Part shown: one piece after another, positions 47,125 through 55,887 of the stretch
How positions within the stretch are numbered: position 1 is the first letter of the stretch
How the letters are laid out: each line of letters begins with the position of its first letter
Assembly (NCBI GenBank): GCA_963665815.1
Contig: OY762463.1
Span: forward strand, 1,792,001-1,856,000
Length of the DNA stretch: 64,000 nucleotides
Reading direction: 5' to 3'
Origin: Candidatus Cloacimonadales bacterium
Lineage (GTDB): Bacteria > Cloacimonadota > Cloacimonadia > Cloacimonadales > JAIOQZ01
Made by a program: the position numbers and the translations under genes
Notes under the pieces: model-generated
Databases searched by the model: none
Told to the model about the DNA's origin: nothing
The model's input: only the letters and a program-made list of their open reading frames with translations

Positions 47125-49050
47125 TTATTCCTTATTGAGCGAAAGCCTGAACCGAGTACAATTCAGGTTATCTATCCTGTTTCGAACCGCATCCTGAGCA
47201 AGTTCTTTTATCATAGAAATACCCCGTCCCCTCTCGTTAAGGACAAGTAGTTCATCAAGGTTTTTAATTAAATCTTCCTTATTTTCCTCTTTAGTTTCAC
47301 TAAAGTTAAGTACCCATTCCTTACCTTCATCAATAAATGTAAGCTCCAGAAACTCTCCGAATGATAGTATTACGAATATATATGCATCTTTTCTGGAATC
47401 AAGTCCATGGACAATGATGTTATTCAGAAATTCATTAACAATCAGCTCAACTTTATAGCCAAGCCATGTATTACCTGTCCATTTCTTGACGAGGAATTCA
47501 CAGTTTCTACCGATCTTTCCAACCTCGGAAAGCATTGATTGAATACAATACAGATGGTTATTCTGTAACTTTTTAATACTTAGCTTTTTATCATCCTGTA
47601 TGTGAGTACACATATTCACAAATATAAAATTCTTACCTGTGTTCCTATATCCCTCGAGATTCATTATTCTCTCGAAATTATCAGGGAACAGATTTATATA
47701 AGAAAAATTATGATAGTACTTCTGAAGAATTAATGAGAACTTTTCCATATTGAGTTCTTCATCATTTCTTTCCAGTGAAAAAACACCTTCAGTAAACAAA
47801 AAAATCATTGTATTTATTTTCAGTTCTACAGTATGTTCCGTAATTTCCTCTATATTTGTAACAGACTTAATGTAATCTATTCTGTTTTCATGATTATCAT
47901 AAATAATCATATCAGGTGAATTTAATGATGCTGTTTTAACTGTTTTGGCTTTCATGTCAAAAACAGCTAACATCACTTTCAAATTAGCATGAGTTCTAAG
48001 GTTTATTTTAAGATTATGCTCAAGTTTACTGAAGACAAGCCTGAGAATCTCATCCACAGGCATATGCTCCAACTCTCTGGAAAGCTTGAATATCACTGAT
48101 TTAACCGCAGAAGCATACAATACAGACTTTGCTCCGGTATGCGAAATATCTACAATAAAATACATATACTTATCATCACTAATCTGAATCATATCTGAAA
48201 TTGAACCGAGACTATCCATGAAGTATGGAAAATACGTTGACACAACTAAATCTTCATATTGCTCAACGCCTTTGGTGATAATTGCAGACTGAATCTGACT
48301 TGTCGCCTGGGACTGCTCAAGCATAATATCGAGATAGCTCTGAAGTTTTGATTCAGATTTCTTACGTTCAGTAACATCCCTAAGTTTCCACAAAAATGCT
48401 GTTGTTTTCCCGGCATCTTCAATTGGAATAAATTCGCGTTCTACTATCAAAGCATCACTCAATGTGATTTCACTGACAGAGGTTCCATTCCCCTGATCAT
48501 TGATGTTTGAAAACATTTCGTAAAATGAATCTATATTATGAAATGCTCTGGACAGCTCATAAATCAAATTAAGAGTTGACAGACCAAAATAGGAGGTTGC
48601 TTCCTGTTTTAAATCAAGCATTCTCACGAATTTCTCATTGATGAACAGTATCTTACGCTCAGAGTCCTCTAACAATACACCCTCTTCAAGATGAGAAAGA
48701 ACAAGCGATAAATCTGCAGTTATACCTGAAGTTCTGCTGTTTTCTTCATGTCTTGTTCCGGTTATCTGCACAATCAGTTCATCATTATAAAGGGGAATAA
48801 CATTTAAGTTAAAATTTCTTGAGTGGGAAGTCCAATCTATCTGCTGTACCTGCTTTTGTGCTTCTGCCCGAAACAGCAGTTCCCGTATTTCACTTTGAAA
48901 CTGATTACTTAATGCAGTTCTATTTGAGTTAAGAACATCATCTATCATGAATTGATATTCAGATGTTCCATGCATTGACAGCACTTCTCTCTTCAATCCG
49001 ACATGAATAAAAAGAGACTCTTTAACTACGCTTTTTCCTTTATTATTCAA
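47125..49050 (-). CDS. PAS + degenerate PP2C/SpoIIE-like + RsbW-type serine kinase (HATPase_c) fusion
   Basis: PAS (LEEGVLLED...INEKF...RDVTERK); SpoIIE-like remnants (VDISHTG, LFTEG); C-terminal NE...NIIVHG, DEG, ERGRG. TTG start after GGAGA. Confidence 0.78.
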   Translation of the reverse strand: MNNKGKSVVKESLFIHVGLKREVLSMHGTSEYQFMIDDVLNSNRTALSNQFQSEIRELLFRAEAQKQVQQIDWTSHSRNFNLNVIPLYNDELIVQITGTRHEENSRTSGITADLSLVLSHLEEGVLLEDSERKILFINEKFVRMLDLKQEATSYFGLSTLNLIYELSRAFHNIDSFYEMFSNINDQGNGTSVSEITLSDALIVEREFIPIEDAGKTTAFLWKLRDVTERKKSESKLQSYLDIMLEQSQATSQIQSAIITKGVEQYEDLVVSTYFPYFMDSLGSISDMIQISDDKYMYFIVDISHTGAKSVLYASAVKSVIFKLSRELEHMPVDEILRLVFSKLEHNLKINLRTHANLKVMLAVFDMKAKTVKTASLNSPDMIIYDNHENRIDYIKSVTNIEEITEHTVELKINTMIFLFTEGVFSLERNDEELNMEKFSLILQKYYHNFSYINLFPDNFERIMNLEGYRNTGKNFIFVNMCTHIQDDKKLSIKKLQNNHLYCIQSMLSEVGKIGRNCEFLVKKWTGNTWLGYKVELIVNEFLNNIIVHGLDSRKDAYIFVILSFGEFLELTFIDEGKEWVLNFSETKEENKEDLIKNLDELLVLNERGRGISMIKELAQDAVRNRIDNLNCTRFRLSLNKE

Positions 49051-49058
49051 CGTATCTC

Positions 49059-50267
49059 CTAGAAAAATTCTTTTACCCAGAACGGTTCTCTCACACCTAT
49101 TCCTTGTTTAAACGATTTCAGTAGTTCTATCATTGTGAATGTAACATCCTGATCTTTAGGAATTATTGTAATTCCATTCTTAGCTTTTACATCTTCGTCA
49201 ATCATCATATATATATGCAAATCCTGGACATTAATCTGTTTTCTTCTGAACTTTGATCTCTGAACAGGAATATCTTTCAGTATTTCCAACAGCATCGGAT
49301 TATATTCTTTATACAAACTTTTCATATATTGAATTGCATCTGAAGGAAACTTGCCGCTCTTCAGCTGAATCTCGAAATCCAGAGAAACCTTCAGCATTTG
49401 AGCCCCCAGAGATATTGGAGTCTGCTTGTAATTATCCATTTCAGTGTATTCCCTGAATGATTTTAGCTGTCCTCCTATCATATATGCTATTGACTGCATA
49501 CCCGGTATTTTTGCAAGAAGTCTTCTCGCAATTTTAGGGTGCCTGTCAAATACATCACTTTCATCTTCAGAAAGAGATTCCCCTGATGAAACCTTTATCA
49601 GTAAATCCTGAGGAATAGCAATTGTACCTATCTGGCTGAGAGTTGCAGCAAGAATAAATTCCCATTTATTATCCGGACTGATCCTGTCAGCAATAAACTC
49701 GACATAACGACGTATACTTGATGATCGTGAAAAAGCAATTGAATTGGAATAGCTCAGAACTTCAGATAAGATCGAAACTGACGCATTAGTTGTTTTTTCC
49801 TTAAGTTCCATCTGTTGTCTTGCTTCAAGTGTTCTTTTATTTACTTCTTTTTCCAGATCAGAGTTAATTCTACGCAACTCATCACGAGCAAGTTTCAATT
49901 CAAGGTGATTCTTTACTCTTGCTTTAAGTTCCTCTTTATTGAACGGTTTTGAAACATAATCTTTAGCCCCCAGAGATAATCCGTGTACAATACTCTCTTT
50001 ATCCGACTTTGCTGTCAGGAAAATCACAGGAATATCTTTGGTTTGAGGACTGTTCTGAAGTCTGTTGCAAACATCAAAGCCATTCATTTCGGGCATCATT
50101 ACATCCAGAAGAATCAGGTCATAATCATTTTCTTTGCCCCATTTAACAGCTTCTTTGCCTTTTGTGGTATACGAAATATCATAATTCTCTGTTCTCAGAA
50201 TACTCCCCAGTAATTGTATGTTCTTAGGGGCATCATCAACAATAAGAACCTTCGGCTTATAACTCAT
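49059..50267 (-). CDS. Response regulator with a degenerate HD-GYP-like output domain
   Basis: REC (IVDD, LLDVMMP, FLTA, SKPF); output LSQIGTIAIP...HP.IA..LL..IP...ISLGAQML lacks the HD and GYP motifs. Confidence 0.85.
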   Translation of the reverse strand: MSYKPKVLIVDDAPKNIQLLGSILRTENYDISYTTKGKEAVKWGKENDYDLILLDVMMPEMNGFDVCNRLQNSPQTKDIPVIFLTAKSDKESIVHGLSLGAKDYVSKPFNKEELKARVKNHLELKLARDELRRINSDLEKEVNKRTLEARQQMELKEKTTNASVSILSEVLSYSNSIAFSRSSSIRRYVEFIADRISPDNKWEFILAATLSQIGTIAIPQDLLIKVSSGESLSEDESDVFDRHPKIARRLLAKIPGMQSIAYMIGGQLKSFREYTEMDNYKQTPISLGAQMLKVSLDFEIQLKSGKFPSDAIQYMKSLYKEYNPMLLEILKDIPVQRSKFRRKQINVQDLHIYMMIDEDVKAKNGITIIPKDQDVTFTMIELLKSFKQGIGVREPFWVKEFF

Positions 50268-50373
50268 TTTTGCTCCGTATACTTAGCATGATAAATTCAA
50301 AAGTAAGCTTTGATTATTTCGCACGTAAAATTCAGTAAATTCCGAGTAATGCAAAATTCTTACCATGTTAATA

Positions 50374-51690
50374 TTATTTTCTTTCAATGTTAATGTCAAG
50401 GTTTTCAAAAACCTGATCTTTATAGAGATTGTCATTATACCAGGCAATACCAAATACAATTTCTCCCTCAATTTTCAATATCTTTGTTTTTTCTGAAATA
50501 AGCGTTTCCAGTTTCTCTTTTAATTTCAGTGCTCCTGAATATGAAGTTTCAGGTAAAAGAAGTAGAAAATTCATATCTGAGACTCGGGCTACGGCATCCT
50601 GTTTCCTTACTGTTTCCCGGATAAAGTGACTTATTTCTGTTATTTTGTTCTGCTTTTCTCTGGAAAAATCCATTACTTCAATATATGGTTTTATACTTAA
50701 ATACATAATTGAGAACTCTTTCCTGCTTCTCTCAAATCTTGTTTTAAAGTCTTCAAACTTGTACTGCATTTCCAGCAGATTGGCAAGACCTGTAAGTTCA
50801 TCAATTCTGATAGTATCTTTCAGCTTAACAAGTGTATCTTTAAGTACAAATTGAGATTCTTCCCATTTTTTTGATAGAGTTATGTCCTGAATTAACAGGA
50901 AATAATCTCCATCCGACTGTAAATCTATTGGTTCTCCGGAGAACCTGAGATAAGTTTTATGATCTTTGACAGTTGTCAAACATGTATCTGCTATAAACAG
51001 CTCTCTATTCAATACTTTCGATTTAATATCAACAGCTTTGCATTCAATGTTACTTAAAACATCCCAGAAATTCAGCTGTATCTCCTCAATTGTACTTCCG
51101 ACCAATTCTGCTACTCTTTTATTTACTTCAAGAATAGCTTTATTCTTACAGTCAATAACAATCATTCCAACTGGTGCCAGATGGAATATTGCCTCATATT
51201 TTGTTCTCAGTTTCTTATTCATATCTCTCTCAAAACTGAGTTTTTCTGTTCTTTCTTTTACTTGTCTCTCAAGCTCCTGATTCATTATCTTCAGAAATTC
51301 CCTTTGCCTTTTAATCTCAAGATGAGTGTGGACACGAGCAAGAAGTTCATTTGAATTAAACGGTTTTGTAATATAATCTTCTGCTCCGGCCTCAAAGCCT
51401 TCCACAATCTCTTGTTTCAGAGCTTTTGCTGAAATCATTAAAACAGGAAGTTCAACACCTTTCTGCTCACTTTTTATCTGACGACAAAGAACAAAACCAC
51501 TTCCGTCTTTCAGCTTGCTGTCAAGGAGAAGAATATCAAAATTATTTCCCTCAATAGCTTTTAGAGTATCTTCTCCACTCATGAAGTAGGACACATTGAA
51601 TTTCTCTTTAATAAGAATTGATCCCAATAACTGAATCTGTCTGGGATCACCACCGGCAATCAATATCTTAGTTTCACTGTTATTCTTCAC
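50374..51690 (-). CDS. Atypical REC + PAS + degenerate GGDEF protein
   Basis: REC (IAGGD, LLLD, TKPF); PAS (APVGMIVID...QDIT); DELTGLAN...RKQDAVARVSDMNFLLLLPET. Confidence 0.85.
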   Translation of the reverse strand: MKNNSETKILIAGGDPRQIQLLGSILIKEKFNVSYFMSGEDTLKAIEGNNFDILLLDSKLKDGSGFVLCRQIKSEQKGVELPVLMISAKALKQEIVEGFEAGAEDYITKPFNSNELLARVHTHLEIKRQREFLKIMNQELERQVKERTEKLSFERDMNKKLRTKYEAIFHLAPVGMIVIDCKNKAILEVNKRVAELVGSTIEEIQLNFWDVLSNIECKAVDIKSKVLNRELFIADTCLTTVKDHKTYLRFSGEPIDLQSDGDYFLLIQDITLSKKWEESQFVLKDTLVKLKDTIRIDELTGLANLLEMQYKFEDFKTRFERSRKEFSIMYLSIKPYIEVMDFSREKQNKITEISHFIRETVRKQDAVARVSDMNFLLLLPETSYSGALKLKEKLETLISEKTKILKIEGEIVFGIAWYNDNLYKDQVFENLDINIERK

Positions 51691-53266
51691 TGTTCAGTAC
51701 TTTCCTTTTTATTCTCTTCAGCAGTTCAGGATAAAAATCCAGATACTCATCAATTTTCTCTATCTCAAAATTATTTGAACATTCAATAATTCGACTTCCA
51801 TATTCCTTCAGATAACCTACTGAATGGATATCCCCAAGCTCCTGTATTGATTCACCGAACTCGAGTATAGTTGATATCGGATGAGATTTCTTTATCTCTT
51901 CCCACACTGGAAACAACTCTATATCAAGCGAAGCCAGAACAATATCTGAAACCGGATAACTGGCAATTTCTTCAAAACTTACAAGTTCTTTAGCTTTGAC
52001 TTCAACCGTTTCATTAACAAAATTCCTGCAATACTCTTCATCGGAGTCCATTTTGATTGGAATATCAAAAAGCTGCACCTCAAAACATGATCCATTATCT
52101 AATTCGCTTGTGAGGAATATTTCCCCATTCAGCATTTCCAGCAGTCTCTTCGTGATTGCCAGACCAAGCCCGGTGCCACCGTATTTCCTGTTGCTCTGCC
52201 CTTCATTCTGAAGAAATGACTCAAAAATTCTTTCCTGCTGATCCAACCTGATACCAATTCCACTGTCTTCAATTGCAATTTTCAGATCCGCATGGCAATC
52301 TACATCATCTATAATCTCTGCTTTAGCTTCAATTCGAATAAAACCGGTTTCTGTAAATTTAATAGCATTTCCAATAATGTTAAACAAAACCTGACGCAAT
52401 CTTACTTCATCGGTATACAACTGACCCGGGAAATTTTCATCCACAGAAATACTAAACTCTAATCCTTTTTCAGCGATTTTAACAGAAAAAATGCTTTTAA
52501 TTTCCTCAAACATCTTGTAGGAATCAAAATAATCATTCTCAATAACCATTTTCCCTGCTTCAATTTTTGACAAATCCAGTATATCATTAATCAGCTTAAG
52601 CAGATTCTTCCCACCAAGAAGAATAGAATCGACATAGCTTTTCTGTTGTGGATCAGATATCATGGCAGCAAGAAGTTCTGTAAAACCAATTACAGAGTTC
52701 AATGGTGTTCTTATTTCATGACTCATATTTGCCAGAAATTCGCTTTTAGCCTTATTGGCAAAAACAGCCGATTCTCTTGCTGTCTCAAGTTCCTTTACGG
52801 CATCCATCAATTCTTCTTCTATTGATAGTCTTTCATTGACGTCCTTTCTGATATTCTGTAGTTCTGTTTCCTTCTGAAGTAAATTCTTCTTCATCTTTTT
52901 TAACTCAGTGTTCTTCTTACATATCAGGAATGCCGTTTCTAATCCTGATTTCAGATCAGATTTCGTAAAATCCTTCTTCAAAAATATTGCATTTTCTTTA
53001 AGATCCATTGGTGCATGACCAATATTCTCTGAGAATATAACAAGAGGAACATTCGAAGGAAATATGTATTTTGATGTTATATCCAGAAGTACACTAAGGT
53101 TATCATCATTTTCCATAAAAACAGCATATAATTCTGACAATTCACTCTCAGGGATATTACGTACTTCCCAGAGGTTCTCGGTATTGAAATAAATATAGTT
53201 ACTGTAATCTTCTGCAAGTCTTCTGAATATCTCTTCATCTGTTACAATCAGAATTTTGTTTTTCAT
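51680..53266 (-). CDS. Cytoplasmic sensor histidine kinase with an N-terminal pseudo-receiver
   Basis: H-box FLANMSHEIRTPLN, N-box RLRQVLFNIIGNAIKFT, DSGIG, YGGTGLGL; no TM helix. Start may be 53266 or 53281. Confidence 0.92.
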   Translation of the reverse strand: MKNKILIVTDEEIFRRLAEDYSNYIYFNTENLWEVRNIPESELSELYAVFMENDDNLSVLLDITSKYIFPSNVPLVIFSENIGHAPMDLKENAIFLKKDFTKSDLKSGLETAFLICKKNTELKKMKKNLLQKETELQNIRKDVNERLSIEEELMDAVKELETARESAVFANKAKSEFLANMSHEIRTPLNSVIGFTELLAAMISDPQQKSYVDSILLGGKNLLKLINDILDLSKIEAGKMVIENDYFDSYKMFEEIKSIFSVKIAEKGLEFSISVDENFPGQLYTDEVRLRQVLFNIIGNAIKFTETGFIRIEAKAEIIDDVDCHADLKIAIEDSGIGIRLDQQERIFESFLQNEGQSNRKYGGTGLGLAITKRLLEMLNGEIFLTSELDNGSCFEVQLFDIPIKMDSDEEYCRNFVNETVEVKAKELVSFEEIASYPVSDIVLASLDIELFPVWEEIKKSHPISTILEFGESIQELGDIHSVGYLKEYGSRIIECSNNFEIEKIDEYLDFYPELLKRIKRKVLNSEE

Positions 53267-53314
53267 ACTTTCTCTCGCCAATTGATAATTTCATCGTAAA
53301 TATACACTATTACC

Positions 53315-53344
53315 AGTATACATTGTTTTTACATGCACTGTCAA
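53315..53344 (-). promoter_or_regulatory. Candidate sigma70-type promoter heading the long minus-strand operon
   Basis: TTGACA-18 nt-TATACT on the minus strand, 35-50 nt upstream of the kinase start. Confidence 0.6.
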
Positions 53345-53541
53345 TATAAATATCGAAGTCATTTGCATTGCTTCCCGATATTGTAATGTTAAGGTTTTAC
53401 CTTTAAAAGCTTAATGAAAGCTTTGCATAATAGCAGAATCAAACAGCTTTTATATAATGAAGTAAACTTTAAAAAGCTATAGATGTTGTTATGGAGCAAT
53501 TTAACAGGACCGTCTCAATATGAATAAATAGTATCGATGAA

Positions 53542-53610
53542 ATTTTAGAATTCATCAATATAATTCTTAGAGAAGCTAATTATGATTCAGAATTTGATGA
53601 ATTCTAAAAT
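53542..53610. repeat. Perfect 17-bp inverted repeat with a 35-nt spacer
   Basis: attttagaattcatcaa (53542-53558) and ttgatgaattctaaaat (53594-53610). Confidence 0.9.
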
Positions 53611-53762
53611 CGAGCCAACTACTAAAATTATGCAAAGGATTCATAATGCTCATTTATTATGTACCTGGAGTATAAAGATAAATTAAAAAAAAGACAGCAT
53701 AACTCTTCTTTTTTCTGTAACAAAGACTCAGAATCACTGTTTCTTTTGTAAACAGATGTGAG

Positions 53763-54524
53763 GTGTTTAAAGTGAAAAAAATATCTTTACTTATACCTGT
53801 AATTTTTATCATTTCCTGTATGTTTCACACGGAAGTGTACAGATTTACTTCCGATTATCCTGACAGCTACTGGCACAAAGGAAGACAAATGCTGAAAAAG
53901 GAAATTGAAGATCTCAGTCTCATTCTTAATTTCAGTAGGGTTGACAATAGAAAAATCTATTTTGATGTGTGTTTTCTTAACAAAACCGGTGACAGCATCC
54001 TGATATCACCTGACAATGTTAAATGTTTGTTTATCAGTGCTTCAGGAGACACTACTTTTGCTTCAGCAATAAATCCGGAAGATGTAATTGATAATCTGGA
54101 TAAAAAAGCTCAACGAGAAACTGCTGAGAATAATTGCGGTGAATGTATGGACGCAGGTATGTGCTTCTTTGAAGTAATCGATACATTTCAAGATCACAAA
54201 AAGACTCCTCAGGAACTTGAAGAAGCTGAGGTATCAAGAAGGGAAAGAGAAGAGAATACTGCCTTCAGACGAGAAGAGTATAAAAAAACTATGGAAGAAA
54301 TTGAACATCGCAGAAAGTTCTTCTCAGAAACTGCCCTCAGAAAAACAACTCTAAAACCTGATGAATCTATTTCTGGAAAGGTGCTGTTTAACTTTCCTTA
54401 TGATACAGTAAAAATACTGCTCACCCTTAACACAGAAAACAGAGAGTTTAAGTTCACTTTCAACAAAGTTATCCGGGAACCGGAAGAAAGAAAAAAGAAA
54501 TACAGTAAATATCCCAGAGATTAG
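53763..54524 (+). CDS. Hypothetical lipoprotein
   Basis: Lipobox IISC; charged coiled segment; LRKTTLKPDESISGKVLF. Confidence 0.75.
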   Translation: MFKVKKISLLIPVIFIISCMFHTEVYRFTSDYPDSYWHKGRQMLKKEIEDLSLILNFSRVDNRKIYFDVCFLNKTGDSILISPDNVKCLFISASGDTTFASAINPEDVIDNLDKKAQRETAENNCGECMDAGMCFFEVIDTFQDHKKTPQELEEAEVSRREREENTAFRREEYKKTMEEIEHRRKFFSETALRKTTLKPDESISGKVLFNFPYDTVKILLTLNTENREFKFTFNKVIREPEERKKKYSKYPRD

Positions 54525-54533
54525 TGCAAAGCC

Positions 54534-54851
54534 CTATTTCTCAGATATTATCTTTATAGACTGCACAAAATCAATATTCACGAGATCGGTTCTGTTTTTA
54601 GTCTTTACTTCCATCCAGTTATCGGATACTCTTATAACTTCTGCTTTGTTGTAAACAGTTCCGAATGATCCGGTAGAAATTGTGCAGATCTTACCTATGC
54701 AGTTTTTAACTAATTCGTTACTCATCTTGCTAACTCCTTTCTTTTTTCTCAGGTAAAATAGATATTTCAACCTGTTTCTCTGTGCTGGTATCATAACAAA
54801 GAAAATAATAAATATCGGCATATATATGGCAATAAATGTAGCTGAATTCAT
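54534..54851 (-). CDS. Small membrane-anchored protein (DUF6897-like)
   Basis: ATG at 54851 after GGAG; N-terminal TM FIAIYMPIFIIFF; IGKICTIST...NWMEV...LVNIDFVQSI. Family name is from recall only. Confidence 0.65.
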   Translation of the reverse strand: MNSATFIAIYMPIFIIFFVMIPAQRNRLKYLFYLRKKKGVSKMSNELVKNCIGKICTISTGSFGTVYNKAEVIRVSDNWMEVKTKNRTDLVNIDFVQSIKIISEK

Positions 54852-54991
54852 AATATACTCCTGACAATATCTTCTGAAACAGCAGTTTATAGTCAAGTTT
54901 GTTTTTATCAGCATTTCTCAACATTCATTTCTTGGCAGGTAGTCTTTTTTAGCTAAATTATTTTTAAAATGCTTTTGCAAGGATACTCACT

Positions 54992-55762
54992 ATGCTGAAA
55001 AAAACTATTCTTATCCTTATTATACTGCAATCAGTTCTATGTTTCTCAGAAAAGATTACTCTCGCTGCAGTTAACTGGGAACCATTCACTGCCGAACACC
55101 TGCCCTATGGTGGTATCATGGGAGAAATTGCTCATACTGCATTCGCAAATACTCAGTATGATTTGGAAATAGTTTTTGTTCCATGGAACAGAGGTATGGA
55201 ACTGGCTAAGAGTGGTCAATTTGATGGACTGATTGGTATTTACTATACTGAAGAACGAGAAAATTTCTTCGATTTCAGCAATCAGATCTGCAGTGCTGAC
55301 ATCTGTTTTTTCGCTCTATCTGATAATGAAAAAATCACATTTGATAAATACTCAAATCTGAATGACCTGGATCAATTCACAATTGGTATCATAAATGGAT
55401 TTTCATATGGTGATAAATTTGATAACAAACCGTTCAGTAATCTTGAAATTTCAAACAATATGAAAATTAATGTATTGAAATTTATTGATCAGAGGATAGA
55501 TTTATTGGTTGAATCAAGAGAAAACTTCTATTATTTCATGCAACTCAATCACCCGGATGAAGCAGAGAAGATAATAGAGCTTAAACCGATTCTGATAAGT
55601 AACCCGGCATTTCTTGCAATATCCAGAAAGAATCCAAATCATCAGAAAATTATTGCTGAATTCAACAGAGAACTTCAAAAAATGATTGAGAACGGTAAAT
55701 ATCAAGCAATACTGAACAAAACCAATGAGTATATAACAAATCCCGGCAAATACGTTGAATAG
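54992..55762 (+). CDS. Stand-alone periplasmic substrate-binding protein (SBP family 3-like)
   Basis: Signal peptide; WEPF, FVPWNR, TEERE..FDFS, GFSYG..F, FNRELQKMIENGKY. Confidence 0.88.
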   Translation: MLKKTILILIILQSVLCFSEKITLAAVNWEPFTAEHLPYGGIMGEIAHTAFANTQYDLEIVFVPWNRGMELAKSGQFDGLIGIYYTEERENFFDFSNQICSADICFFALSDNEKITFDKYSNLNDLDQFTIGIINGFSYGDKFDNKPFSNLEISNNMKINVLKFIDQRIDLLVESRENFYYFMQLNHPDEAEKIIELKPILISNPAFLAISRKNPNHQKIIAEFNRELQKMIENGKYQAILNKTNEYITNPGKYVE

Positions 55763-55772
55763 AATCATAAAA

Positions 55773-55802
55773 TGAAAGCCTGCTGAATCAACAACAGGCT
55801 TA
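55773..55802. terminator. Candidate terminator hairpin between convergent genes
   Basis: Minus strand AAGCCTGTTG-TTGATT-CAGCAGGCTT followed by TCATTTT. Confidence 0.55.
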
Positions 55803-55887
55803 ACATCATGAAGGTAAATACATTTATAACCAATTTTCAGTTACTCCTTGCAATCAACCTGTATTCTTTTCCGAGTCGGAGTAATTT

